Positions 40,201-52,200 of a stretch of DNA of 64,000 bases are shown piece by piece (within the stretch, counting starts at the first letter, position 1; every line of letters begins with the position of its first letter). The stretch covers positions 10,416,001 through 10,480,000 of the forward strand of contig JAQFVV010000010.1 in the NCBI GenBank assembly GCA_028023455.1, in the 5' to 3' direction. The translations under genes were made by a program, and so were the position numbers. Source of the DNA: Epiperipatus broadwayi. Its lineage: Eukaryota; Animalia; Onychophora. Below the pieces are notes generated by a model. That model saw only the letters and a program-made list of their open reading frames with translations, was not told where the DNA came from and ran no database searches.

Positions 40201-43200
40201 CCATCTTACACATGACCACATACATGTGAAAAAGATAAATGCTCTCCAATATATGCATTTCATGCTGAACCAGCAGTCATCAGTTGATCCAGATCATTAT
40301 CTTTTTCACATTTATAATCAGTGATCAGTTTATAATAAGACAGCAAATCTTCAAACTTTAATGGATGGCTTCAATTTTCTCCACTCTCCATCTTGTTAGC
40401 CATCCATATCATTGAAAATCTGATAATGGAGTACTCAAAGCCCTTGCTGATGTCCATATTATTGTCATATCAATGTTGAATTTAAGTCATTCTGACCCTT
40501 CATGCATAGGACCTTAATATGTCCATTTAAATACACGGAAGAGGGATGGGTAGAATACAGGCTGAATATGTAATATTTAAATACAAGTATATTGTCTATA
40601 TTGAACTTAATGTAATTAGAAGGAATTTGAATTCAGTTTTTCAAGCTCCCTACATCTATCCACTCTATCTTCTACAAGCGATACACATGACCACATATCT
40701 AATTACTATAAGTTCAGTATAGACAAATATACTTGTATTTAAATATTACATGTTCAGCCTACATTCTGTTTGTATCTCTTCTGTGTATTTAAATGCACAT
40801 GTTAAGGCACTATACATGAGGGATCAGAATGACTTAAGATCAACTTGGGTATGACATAATAATCAGCACGAGTTTTGAGCAGTTTATCATGAGATTTTCA
40901 ATGCCATGGATGGCTGAAGAGTTGGAGGGTGGAGAAGATTGAAGCTTATCCATTAGGGTTTGAAGAATTACTATCTTAATATAAACTGAGCACTGATTAT
41001 ATATGTGTGTGGAAGTTAATGATCTGGATCAACTGATGAGTGCTGGTTCAGCATGAAATATATTGGAAATGATTAATCCTTTTCACATGTATGTGGTCAG
41101 GTGTATCGATTGTATAAAATGGAGTGGATAGATGTAAGGAACTTGAAAAACTGAGTTCAAATCCCTTCTAATTATGTTAAAGTCAATGTAAACAATATCC
41201 TTGTATTTAAATATTGCATATCAGCCTATATTCTTCCCATCCCTCTTCTGTTTATTTAAATGGACATATTACGGTCCTATACATGAGGGATCAGAATAAC
41301 TTAAAAGTCAACATGGGTATGATAGTAATATTGACATCAGCAAGGGCTTTGAGCATTCCATCATCAGATTTTTAATGATATGGGTGGCTGAAGAGTTGGA
41401 GGGAGGAGATGATTGAAGTCTATCCAAAAAGTTTGAAGATTAGCTATAATATAAACTGAACACTGATTATATATGTGTGTGTGAGATAATGATCTGGATC
41501 AATTGATGAGTGTTGGTTCAGCACGAAAAAAATTGGAGATCATTGATCTTTTTCACATGTATGTGGTCATGTGTATTGATTGTATAAGGAATGGATAGAT
41601 ATATGAAGCTTAAAAAATTGAGTTCAAATCCCTTCTAATTATATATATATATATATTGAAACAGATATGTTGTTTTATATATTCTGAAGTTTTCCTCCAT
41701 TTTACGAGTATATAATTGAAAATAAAGGCTGTCACAGTTAATGAGTGAAATTTAGAAAAATAGTGATTTAAAATCAGTTTTTCACTCATGTTATAAAAAC
41801 CAAATGTGTGAATTCAAATTCTCTAAGTAAAAAAAAAACGAAAATCAATATTTAAAATCTACAGTTAAAAATTAAATGACACATTTATTTAATGAATCTT
41901 TAACATTAAAAATTTGTGGTTTCCAATTAAAATGTTAACAATATAATGTATTGTTTTTGTTGGAGCTGTATGTTTTCCAATTTAAAGCACAGAAATGTTG
42001 TAATTAGTTCATCAAGAATGATAGCGACACTTTCTTGCCTTAGACAAAAGTAAGTTAACACTTTTTCATGTTGGTTAGCATGGGTGAGTTCAAAAAAAGG
42101 ATATTGAAATGCACCGTGGTAAGATAGAATAATATAAAAGAGGAATCGGACAATTTGGGGCAGTTGTTTGATTGTGGTAGTTACTTCACAGTAAATTGCA
42201 GTTTAGTTTTCAGTTATTCTACAAAGAAGAGTTTAGATAATCGGACCAACTAAGTTTGGAGCCGTCGTTGCCATAAATTAAATAAGTGCTGCAGTAAAGA
42301 GAAACCCGAAGTTACCATAAAACTGTGAAACAGTTTGTCAATATGGTAAATGCTAAAATGTCTGTCTAGTAAGGAATAGTTCACTCTCCTTCCCACACCA
42401 TGAAAGAAGTCATGAGATAGAAATATGCCTAAGTGGTCACAAAAAAAATATATAAACCATTCAGCTCTAAAATAAATCTCCATTTTAATGTGAAGATTTT
42501 ACCAGCGGTAAAACATCATACATAAAGACCATCATGGACATTTAAAAAGGTAATGAACTTCTAAATGGTTTATTGAAACCTGTTTCATTAAGATTTACAT
42601 AATTGTGTTGTGATGTAATGATGTAAATTATGTTAAGGAAGGAATAGAAAATATTAAGCATCTGTTACTTTAATGTAAATGCTTGAAAACAGAAAGGGCA
42701 CATATAATGAAGTTGTGGAAGAATAAATATAAACTAAGTGATTATACAGAAAGTCAGTTATTGGTTTTTATGTTGGGTTTAGGAAAAGATGAGGGGGATT
42801 TAGATATAAAGGCCATGGAGTTGACAAAGATTATATTGTGGAAATGGGATGGATCAGAATAGAGAAAGTAAGATGGCTAACAGGTTTCTCTTCACATAGT
42901 GGCTGAGAAATTCCTGACTCTGTATAAGGAGAAGTCACAGTGCATTGCATCACATATGATTTTGTAAAAAAAAAAACATTTTGATAAGGTTCCAATAAGG
43001 AATGAAAACCAGGTTGATGTATTAAATATTTATTTTATGTATAGAGAGTTGTCCATTTCAATTGTGTTTTAAACTGATTATTTTAAAATTTATTAATATA
43101 TATATATAATTAGCAAGAGCAGTAACACAGGCTGCTTTAAGATAATGATAATTTTCTGGGCTAGATTCATTTTAAACCAATATCATATTGTTTACTGAGA

Positions 43201-46200
43201 TTTTGGGGGTGTTTCATCTATTATCATTATATTTGATAAACGCTCAGTGAAAAATAAATATATAGATTTGAAATCTAAAAGAAGACATTGTAATTATTGT
43301 TACATTACTCATTTTACCTCACCTTTGAGTGGTAAGTTTTAAATTGCACTTTACGCAAAAAAGTGAAATTTAGTATTATTAGAAAAGAATTATACGGCTG
43401 AGCGCTTTCAGAGAACTTAAGTCTCCATATTCATAGCCTATTCTGGGGAGTGTCGGCTTACATTGAGGTTTTAAGCTGGGCTCGCATCCTTCCTGCACAG
43501 AAATCATAGACTATGTAAATTTGAAGCTGACTGCAAAAAGAACCTCACAAATTATATTAAAGAACTGGAAGATGTTGGATTTTCACACAACATTATTTAC
43601 AAAAAGATTAGGCAATTTCAAACTAAGCTACAAACTGACACGGAAACAATAAACCACAAATGCTGCTACTTTACATATCAATTGCTGGGAAATATTATAA
43701 AATATTTGCTGAGTCCTTTGAATTAGGATTCTACACCCCATCTTCAACAAACAGAATGATAAACAGTACCAAAGACAAAATACCTTCTGATCAAATAGTC
43801 CAAACAGTTTATAAAATTTCAGGCCCAACCAATGGATGTTATGGAAAGACCCGTGCCAACATTACAACCAGAACATCTCGACATCATTATTTATACCGGA
43901 GAGCTCAAAATAATACAGAAAACAAATCTATATTCTTTGAGCACCAAAAAACAATAGGCCATGTGTTCGAATCTACTATGGCAAGGGCACTGTGCACTGA
44001 ATGTAATGATATGAAATGAAAGATAAAGGAGGCATGCTTTATTGCAAATGACAACTATGCAATAAACCGAAAAGAATTGTGCTTTGCAATCCCCAGGAAA
44101 TGGTCTTTATAAAAGAAAACTTTGAATAAATTTTGCATAAATTACCGCTAAATTTCGTTTAAAACCTCAGTGTAAGCCGACACTCCCAGAATAGGCTATG
44201 AATATGGAGACTTAAGTTCTCTGAAAGCGCTTAGCCATATAATTCTTTTCTAATAATACTAGGCTTCACTTTTTTGCGTAAAGCAATTTAAAATTACTAA
44301 TTTTAGCACATTGGCATTCATTTAATCAATCCAGAATAGTTTTGACTTTAACTTTAGTCAGTAATATCTAAATACTCATTTTGTACTGAATATTTATTGA
44401 TTATCTGGGTTGACTATGGGCACATAATAATACGTATTAATGCAAAATAAAATTTAATAAATTGTTAGTTTTTGTATATGGAGTTAATATCCAAATTCTT
44501 TTTATTAATTAATAAAAATTAAAATTGACTCTGGTGATATCTGTCATAATCAATTAACCATCACAGTTTATCTATTTTATAGAATAGGATTTTAGAAAAC
44601 ACTTTTTTATTTTTAGTTTTTATACCCATGAAATACTTTATTATTCTCAAATTAAAATATACATTATAATAGACTTCATTTTTTTGCCATCTGTGCACAT
44701 TTCTTATTTAACCTATTGATCATTTTTTGACCATACCAATTATCTTATCTTATTCATAAAATTGCATATTGTTTTTACAAATTTGTTTCTTGGTTATATA
44801 CATGTGATATATTGAAAGGGATAAGCAGAAATTAGCATAAATGAGATATTGATTATATATTGGGTTATGGAACTTATATCTTTCATAAGTATAAAACTGA
44901 TTTTATATATTTTTTAAACTAGCAGTACATCTATAAAAAAAAATATTGTAAATAATAATAGTCATTTTATAAATGCAATTACTACTACCATCTTATGGCA
45001 AGATTCAATAACTTAAGCAGTCATTTTTTAAGCAGCATTAATTTTACATAATATTTTAATAATTGCTTTGATTTTTTAAAAGTTAATTTTTTTTTTTTTT
45101 TTGGTTTTATTTACATAAGCTGATCCTTTTCTTGCCCATTATGAGAGAATTATCTCCCAAGACTTGATTGATAAATTGAATCAGAATAGTTCATTGCAAA
45201 AGAGCTCATTGCAGGTAATATAAAATTTGTCTATTTATTATACATGTGTGTAAATATGTAGATAGATAAGATAATGAATCGTCTAATATGACCTCTATAT
45301 AACTATAATGGTCAAATATCCAATATAATTTTTTATTTGTCCATAATATTGCAAATAATATATAAGCTAAGTAATCAATCTAAATAAGATTGAAATAAAC
45401 AACTATTGATAATTATATTTTAATATTTATCGAACCGACTTTAAGGTCTCAATAGATGAAAGCTGGTTCGATAAATATTAAAATGTGATTGTCAATAGTT
45501 GTTTATTTCAATCTTATTTAGATTGATTATTTAGCTAATATGATTTGTTAGCAACAATTTCATATCACAAAAAAAAATATCTTTTATTGTAATTACCAGA
45601 TACTAGAATAAATTATATTTAAAAGGATAATAAGCAACAGCAAACTATTGCCAGCAATGATCAAGTATTCGTGCTTGGATAATTATAGTATTGCACTGTT
45701 TAGCATCATGCTTTAGGTTAGAGAAATTAAAATATGTATTATGTTTGCTAAGTTCTCTGCCCAAAGTCAGATAAAATAATTAATCAATGGAACATTGTTA
45801 TTGTCAATAGTCGTTTGCTATTGCTTATTACTCTCTTTATTCTAGCATCTTCATTTTAAAGCTATATTGTAAACATTATGAATCCGTATATTTTTTAAGA
45901 TGCATAATATAAATATGTGTATGTTATCTTTACATAGCATACAGTTCTTGAAATTATATAACTTTTTATTTCTTAAGATTTTTATGAATTAATATGTATA
46001 TATTATAAAAAAATAAAAATACCCATTAAATAATTTTATATAACTATATGTAATTATATTATTTAAATAATGATAAAATAATAATATTACGTAATGAGAA
46101 AGAGTGGTCTGATAGATGGTCGGAATAGGTTTGAACTAATATGAAAGATACATTGATAAAAACAGTAAACTTGAAAATATTACAGAAATACTTTCATTTA

Positions 46201-49200
46201 TGTTATTTGTAATCAGCTGTTTAAAAATAATGACAATAAAACAACTGAAAGTATTTCAATGCATTGAAAGTAATTTGGACTTGAAATGGTAAAACAGTTC
46301 TATTAAATCCATTAGTGACATTCTGTTATATAATTTCATATATTTTAAATATCGTTATATTTAAATCAGATGGAAGAAGTATTTTAATCAACTTGTGAAT
46401 AATAATACAAGAATTGAGTTGCCAACTTTTAATAATATATTGATTTTATTTAATCATTCCGATTTGGACAAAGATACTAGCACAATGAAGTCAAAATTTC
46501 TTCTTGTAATCTAAACAATGGAAAGATTCCAGGTCCTAAGTAAATATTTGGAGAAGTTTTAAAATTTGTGAGATGTGTTGGTTTCAAAAATATTGGAATT
46601 TTTTAGGAATATATGTATTCATGAAATTTGCTGCCTGAATTTAAGGATGCTTTTATTGTTCCAGTTTTTAAAAATAAAGATAGTAGACAAGATTGCATTA
46701 ATTATTATGGATTATCATTATTATCCACTATATATACTAAAATTAATTTCAAGGATTTTAATGAACAGGTTGCTTCCAGTCATAGATAAATAGTAGGTAG
46801 AAATTCAGTGGTTTTTAAAAAATCAAGAAACACTATGGAAATGGTTTTGTTGCCATGAAAATACAAAAAAAGTGTTGGGAACTAAAGAATAATTTATATA
46901 TTGTATTTATTGATTTGAGGAGGCATTTGACTCAGTTTAGTGAACAGATCTGCACAATTGTTTAAAATTAGTTGATTATCCACCAATGTTTATTCATATT
47001 ATACAGATTCTACATGATGGAAAGATATTATTAATAAAGGTGAAAAATCTGAAGCATTTGAAGAATTTGGATTCTGGATTTACAATAGACTGTTTTTTCC
47101 AATTCAAAAGAAGATATATGCACAATGTACTTAATGTTTTGAATTCAACATATGAAGACTTTGATTTAGTAATTAATCAAGTCTTTTATCAGCTGGTGAT
47201 TAAAGAAAATTTTTCAGTAATTTTTAGCTTAGATGGTTTTCAACTTGAGAATGTAAGCCAATTTAAATATCTTTATGTCTTTTTAAATAGAAAGGTGGAC
47301 CAAAATGTTGACATGCAGCACAGACTCCCATGTGCTGCTGCTGCTTTTGACAAGTTAAAAGATAAACTCATTTATCACAGTGAAATATCTATTGCACCTG
47401 AATTTACTTTATATAAAACTATTATTTTATCTAACTTATTATATAGAAGTGAAACTTGGATACCCTAAATATGTAACGTAAAGTCATGAGAAAAATTTCA
47501 TTTAAGGTTGCTTTGTAAAATTCTAAAAATCTACCCAAGTAAACAATATCTTAATTTTAATTTTCCATCATTATTCTGCTCATATATTTTTTGTTGCTAA
47601 AATTCTTTTGCTGAAAATACAAATAGGCTATCTTGACTAAAATATATCTATAATGAAAAATATCTTGATGACATGGGAAAGAGGAATAATAAAATGAAAA
47701 ATATTTACCTGAAAAAAAAATTTTTTTCTACATTCAAATGAGTACTGATGACATCAAAAGATACCTTTTAATTTCAACATTAAGATTTTTCTTTTCCATG
47801 GACAAAAAAACTTGATGTGCTTTTTTTCATAAATCTAAAAAACAAGTATTTTTAGATTATCAAACTGTCTGAATTCTAAAATATTAATGAGTTTGGAAAT
47901 ATATGATTTCAGAGCTATTAGAGAATTTGTTGAAATTCTGAAAAGACCTAAAATTTTAAATAAGTATGAAGAAACAAAGACTTTGAACAGGATTTTTTTT
48001 TCTGATCATATAAATTTCTTTATATAGAAAAGTTATACATAGTATTTGCCCAAAATTAATTTAATTTTATATTTTAATCATGAAAATCTGTTATAACATA
48101 TGTATACATAGCATTAATTAATTAATTAATTATCTAAGATTTTACAAAGACTATTTTTAATTGTTGTAGTAATAGTTGTTTAACTATGAATAAAGTACAT
48201 TTTGAAAATGAAATGATACCATATTATTACAATTGAAATTCACACATTCATTCTTGGTTATCAATTTTATCTGATAACAATATTTTCTACTTGATCATTC
48301 TTTCTGTGTTATTATTTGTCATATCAGATGAGTTCTCTATCAGAATGTACTTTTCTCTGATTGTTTTTTTTTTTTTCTATTGGAATATTACAAATGGTCT
48401 GAAGAAATTATCCAAAAATTTTTTTTCATTGCTTCTCCTATTAAAAATTTTTTTAACTCATGTTTGTGAACTGCTTTCTTTTTTTCAAACTTCAAAATTG
48501 CAAAAAAATTTTGGATTATTTTTAGGAATTTTTTTACATTTAACCCCTGATTACCTTAGTCAATAAAAATAACAAAGGATACTTTGGTATTAAACCTACA
48601 ACATAGGGAAGATAGGAGGCCTTTTCACACCCACAATAAATGTGTAATTTCATGATAACTTCAAATTGACAGGAATTAAACCCTGCAAGTATACATGTAT
48701 AAACATATTTTTCTTTATCAACGCGATCTTTTTTTTTTCATAATACTTTGACATTTTCAGTCTCATAATTAATATGTCTTTTTTTTTTTTTGTGGGTTTT
48801 GTTCACTTTTTTTTTTTTTTGATTTAATTTGTTTATAACAAAAAAATATGTTTATTAGTATTTCTCTTGAAAATCCCAGTCCATGTGGAAATGTTTTTTT
48901 CTTTATCAACGCGATCCGATTTTTTTGTAATACTTAGACATTTTCAGTCTCATAATTAATATATATATATCTGTGTGTTTTTCTTCCATTTTAATATGTA
49001 TTTTTTTTAAAGATTAAGAAAAAACAAACCAAAAACTAATGTATGTCATGTGCAGATACTATCCAATAATATATATAGGTTAAATATTATTTCAAGACTA
49101 TTAACTAAGCTTGGACCTTATGAATGGAGATAAATGTAAACATTTTTTTTTATCTGCAGATAAAACTTGTATAATACACACTATCATAATTCATTCTACC

Positions 49201-52200
49201 ATTGTCTATTAATTTTATATGTCAAAAACCTGAGTTTTTTTTTATTGTATATAGATAGATAAATCTAGTAAGACCTAATAATGGGAAAAGCTTCAAAAAA
49301 TGATGGAATTATTATTGATATTTTAATAAAATAAAAAAGTAGAAAAGTTATTGTTCACACTATATATCAAAGGACTTAATAATTAAGTCATATTATATTT
49401 GAATTGATAAAACATTGATCATAGTTCACCAATCCAAAAGTTTTGATGTGACTGCTTGAATTAAGAGAAAATAATGCTAACCAATGCTACATTATACAAG
49501 GTTAGATAGTGATACATAAAATAAATGTTTTTAATACATGGCCACTACAGGTGAGAATCAGCTCTTTACAATTGAGGTAGCTGTATGTAATTGGTAAAAT
49601 TATCTGTTAAGGGTATTAGATGACCCACCTTTCGATGTGCTTGATGGTGCATATACCAATTACACAATCGTGGGCTCGAGCTAAGCTAATAACTGTTTTA
49701 GCAGGTGCACAAATTTGAATAGTTTATCATAAAAAAATTGTATTTTATTTTAAAAGAGAGATGTAATGTCTGCAACAAGCACAAAAAAAAAAATGTACAA
49801 TTTTAATATAGAAAGAGAAGAACAATTTTTCATGCTGGTAAATGCAACATGTGTGTGCTATATATCTCATACAAAGATATCAATTCCAAAAAAAAAAGGA
49901 AATATGAAGACGTTTTAAAACTATGCAAGGAAGTTTTGGCAAAAAAAAATTTCCATTAAAAAGCAAATTACAGAAACAACTGTTAAAAGAATTAATTTAA
50001 GTCATAATTTACCAGCCAATAGTCTTATTTTTTTAAACCCATTATTCAATCTAAGGCTGCAACAGTTGCATCACTTCATGTGATTTACGTGTTGATAAAA
50101 TATAAGAAATCTTATGCAGATGGAAAAATGATAACAAGCATTTCTAGAAGCCAGTGATTCATTATTTGATTCATTTAAAACAAAAATGAAATTATTTTCT
50201 CAATTAAGGACATTCAACTTTCCTACAGAACTGTCATGCATGCCACAGAAATGATAAATTCTGATCTAGTAAAACAACTAACTGAAGATATAACTAATTG
50301 TATGTAATTTGTTTTTTTCTTACAGTTTGATGAATCTCCAACATATTTAATATTCTTTAGTTTTATATTTTATTAGAATGATTTTTAAAGATGTGAATGT
50401 AGAAGAAGAATTATTAACAATAATATCTTTAAAGAAGAAAACACAAAGTGAAGATGTTTATTGCATTTTCTAAAAATATGTAGAGAAGAAAAAAATTCCA
50501 CTTTATAGAGCTGTAACAATAGTAACTTGATAGTATGTTATCGATGACCAGAGTAATCAATGGATTTTTGGCTATGTGTACTAGAAACAATGATTCCCCA
50601 GATTTCCTTGCATTATTTCACAGCAGGCCTTCTGTTGTAAAATTCTAAATTTGTATTATATTATGGGTATCTGCATGAAAATTGTGAACCTATTTGAATT
50701 AAGTCTTCAGAGAAGAATATTTTAGGCTCAATTAAAAGAATCTGAATCTGATTATGTTGATGAAATGTTATATCATGTTGAAATTCATTGCTTAAGTCAA
50801 AAATTCAGGGATCTATTACGAGAATTAATGATTTTTTAAAGTTAATAAATAAAATGTACATTGAATTTAATGATCATGTTTGTTTGATGGATATAGTATT
50901 CATTATCAACATAACTATCCTTCTTAACAAATTTAATTTACAATTTTCAAGGAATTGGATGTGTTTTTATTTTTTTTAAAAAGTTAAAATTGTTGTCTGT
51001 TCAATTTATGAAGAATAAATTGAAATTTTTTTTAAATATTTCTGATGAATTGGCAAAAAATGGAAGTATGTTCGACAAAAATAAAAATTATAATAAGGAA
51101 ATAATTATTCATTATTCCAGAATTGAGATATGTTCCAAGAATTTACTAAACTAGAGCCAATAGTTATCTTTATGAGATCCATTTGGCAGTGTTGATGCGA
51201 AACTAATAACTGAAATGATAAATAATAGACTTTTTTTATCTATGTAGGAAAATGAAATTCTCCTGCTAATGACATTATTTTACAAGCACACACATTACAA
51301 TCTAATAATGGCTTTTAGAATCTAATGGATGAAGAAAAGTACTTAAAAAAGTTGCATTAAATGTAATATTTTTTGGTTCTATCCACCTAAGTGAGTACAT
51401 TTTCAACAATGAATATAATTAACAAAGGCAAAACTCCCCATACAGTAGTGCCACCCTGTGCTAGTATAGAGATGGTGATCATGTGATGCTTGAATATAAT
51501 TAAGTCAAAATCCTTTTCCCATCTCACAGAAGATTATTTAAAATTCTGTGCAAGAGTAATATTAATAATTATAAACTTAAATAGTTAAGATTGATGGACA
51601 GCATACAATGGAAATCTTTAACAATTTAATAAATTGTTATGCTTCTACTTGAAACTTATATTTTATATTATTTTTTTTTTGTTATACATTGAATTTTTTG
51701 ATAATAAATTAATATTATTTATAATAATTGATATTCGCTATACATCACATGATAACAATTCCCTGTGCTTACACATGCTGTTATAACAGAGGCAAAACTC
51801 TCCATACAGTAGTTCTATTCAGTGCAAGCCAAAGTAATCAATGATGCAGGAAAGTTTGTGCATAAAATTCCTATCTAGTACCTATTCATCCAAACTCCTC
51901 AGACTAGTTTCTAGCTTTCATCAGTGAGGAGCCTTGGATCTGGGAGCACTGTACCTAGATCTTACAATCTAATGCACTCCCCCAGAAACCACTTTTTACT
52001 GTTTTACTTAACTATAAAGCTATGAGTCCAAATTGAAAACATAACGTTTTTATCACTTCAGCAATCACCTTTTACCTTTTTAGTTAACTAAAAAGTCAAA
52101 AGGTGGGTTCTGGAGGGTTCCTCACTGATGAAAGCCACAAGCTAGAAACTAGTCTGGGGATATTGGATGAGCAGGCACTAGACAGAGATTTTATATACTA

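Larger units (their letters stand above)
40091..41640. mobile_element. HHR repeat family B (retrozyme-like): minus block about 40091-40700 (460 bp period) plus sense block about 40700-41640 (about 470 bp period)
   Basis: TAATATTTAAATACAAG at 40111 and 40571; reverse complement near 40733 and 41201. HHRs at 40246-40287(-), 41029-41066(+) and 41499-41536(+, broken). Confidence 0.85.

Noticed and set aside
47745-47765. CTGATGA followed by CATC-AAAA-GATA
   Set aside because: No GAAA, stem III or stem I; a chance match. The same applies to CTGATGA at about 33037(-), 37079(-), 51103 and 60365.
48711-48962. Duplicated segment of about 65 bp (TTCTTTATCAACGCGATC...CAGTCTCATAATTAATAT)
   Set aside because: A local duplication amid homopolymer runs with no structural or coding signal; it may be an assembly artefact.
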